In this document: piece after piece, positions 62,701-64,000 of the stretch
How positions within the stretch are numbered: the stretch's first letter is position 1
Layout of the letters: every line of letters begins with the position of its first letter
Assembly: GCF_023055435.1 (NCBI RefSeq)
Contig: NW_025963791.1
Coordinates: 806,001 to 870,000, forward strand
DNA: 64,000 bases
Reading direction: 5' to 3'
From: Haliotis rufescens
Taxonomy: Eukaryota
The notes under the pieces: generated by a model
The model's database searches: none
What the model saw: only the letters and a program-made list of their open reading frames with translations
What the model was told of the DNA's origin: nothing
Position numbers and translations under genes: made by a program

Positions 62701-64000
62701 TGGCTCGACTCAAGAGGAGCATGCTAAGTGTCACATGAGAGTACTCAAACGTCAAGCAGATAATGATGTCACGCTCAACAGGGACAAGTGCGAGTACAAC
62801 AAAACTAAACTGAAGTTTGTTGGACATGTCATCAGTGAGAATGGTGTTCAACCTGATCCGGATAAAGTCAAAGCCCTTGTCAACATGAAAACCTCATACA
62901 GACAAAACTGAGCTGATGGATCATGGAAAGTAGTAATCTTGGCATCCAGGTATCTAAGTGACACAGAGCAAAGATACGCACAAATTGAAATAGGAGCTCT
63001 GGCGATTACCTGGGAAACAGAACTGTTCCATTATTCTGTGCTTGGAAAACACTTCCAAATAGAGACTGACCATAAGCCTCTTGTTTCCATACATGGATCC
63101 AAATGTCTCAGTGATCTGTCTCCAAGATTGCAACGTTTCAGAATGAGGTTAATGTGATATAGTTATTCTGTGCTCCACACACCTGGCAAAAATCTGGCAA
63201 TTGCAGATACAATTTCAGGATTGAGTGCAGAAATAAAATCTGTTGTAGCACACTGCAAAATCTGTTTAAAGTACAGGAGAAATCCAACTGAACCTCTCCT
63301 ACCAACACCAATTACTGATTGACCTTGGCAGACAGTAGGTACAGACCTGTTTGAACTGAACAAAGTAATGTACATACTTGTGATTGGCTACTTCTCAAGG
63401 TAATTAGAATCATGAAACTGTCTTCTACAACATCAAAGAGTATCATCAACAGTTTGAAATCTTCTCTAGACATGGGATACCAGAGGTAGTTATCTCAGAT
63501 AATGGACCTCAATATTCTTCACAGGACTTCCGTGAGTTTGCTCAACAGTACAACTTTACTCACATCACATCCAGCCCATTGTATCCAAGGAGCAATGGAG
63601 AGGCTGAGCGAGCTGTTCAGTCATGCAAGAATATGTTGCGTAAAGCTGATGATCCATATCTTGCAATGTTGGACAACACCTGTATCTGGTGGATTATCTC
63701 CAAGTGAGCTTCTAATGGGAAGAAAGCCGAGAACAAGCTTACCATGTCATCCTACACAACTACAATCCAAACATGTGGATGTGAAAAGCTTCAAGCAAGC
63801 TGAATCTGTGAAAAAACTAATAATGAAAGATCAGTATGATCATCATCATAATGTGCGACCACCATCACCTGGTGATTGTGTTTGGGTAAATCAGTCTGAG
63901 TCGAAAGTGGTTGGTAAAGCTGACACCCCCCTGTCATATATTGTGTCAACCCCAAAGGGGGAGGTGAGGCGCAATAGATGTGATCTCAAGTTAATTCCTG
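59716..64000 (+). mobile_element. Duplicated copy of the Gypsy pseudo-element (5' LTR truncated; runs off the window)
   Basis: Gag remnant (WSRRFERFR..QINSLIYHMGDEAEDIL) plus PR/RT/RH/IN remnants (YPRSNGEAERAV). Shares lesions with copy 1. Confidence 0.9.
60383..61759. mobile_element. ~1.38-kb non-autonomous TIR element inserted into the tRNA part of the mini-LTR (copy 2 only)
   Basis: Ends acctttagaatacagtac / gtactgtgttctaaaggt. Internal ~110-bp tandem duplication (~60850-61050) and a tRNA-like segment at ~61632-61696. Confidence 0.75.

Larger units (their letters stand above)
46390..64000 (+). repeat. Tandem segmental duplication: unit 1 ~46390-54800, unit 2 ~54850 to beyond the window end
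   Basis: Colinear matches include 47020/56688, 47918/56943, 49140-50650/58180-59712 and 51302-53420/61760-64000. Confidence 0.92.

Overview
Eukaryotic (invertebrate) genomic DNA, AT-rich and repeat-dense. The SINE repertoire suggests a mollusc such as abalone, but that is inference. No prokaryotic systems or CRISPR arrays are present. Splice-aware reading recovers three conserved multi-exon genes. ENKD1 lies on the minus strand, with its 3' exons falling outside the window. A C2orf81/DUF4639-like gene (plus strand, 11 coding exons) sits head-to-head with ENKD1 across a short promoter that carries an RFX X-box. OGFOD3 (plus strand) has 9 coding exons. The right third is a tandem segmental duplication (~46.4-54.8 kb and ~54.85 kb to the window end). 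Each copy holds an intact 3-exon ~140-aa gene I cannot assign to any family, with its own X-box, next to a decayed Ty3/Gypsy element that contains a tRNA-bearing mini-LTR. Introns hold a DIRS1-type tyrosine-recombinase retroelement with complete ITR/ICR architecture, a Tc1 relic, many MITEs and SINEs, and three minisatellites (16, 18 and 28 bp units). Most ORFs in the supplied track are repeat-derived or antisense artefacts.
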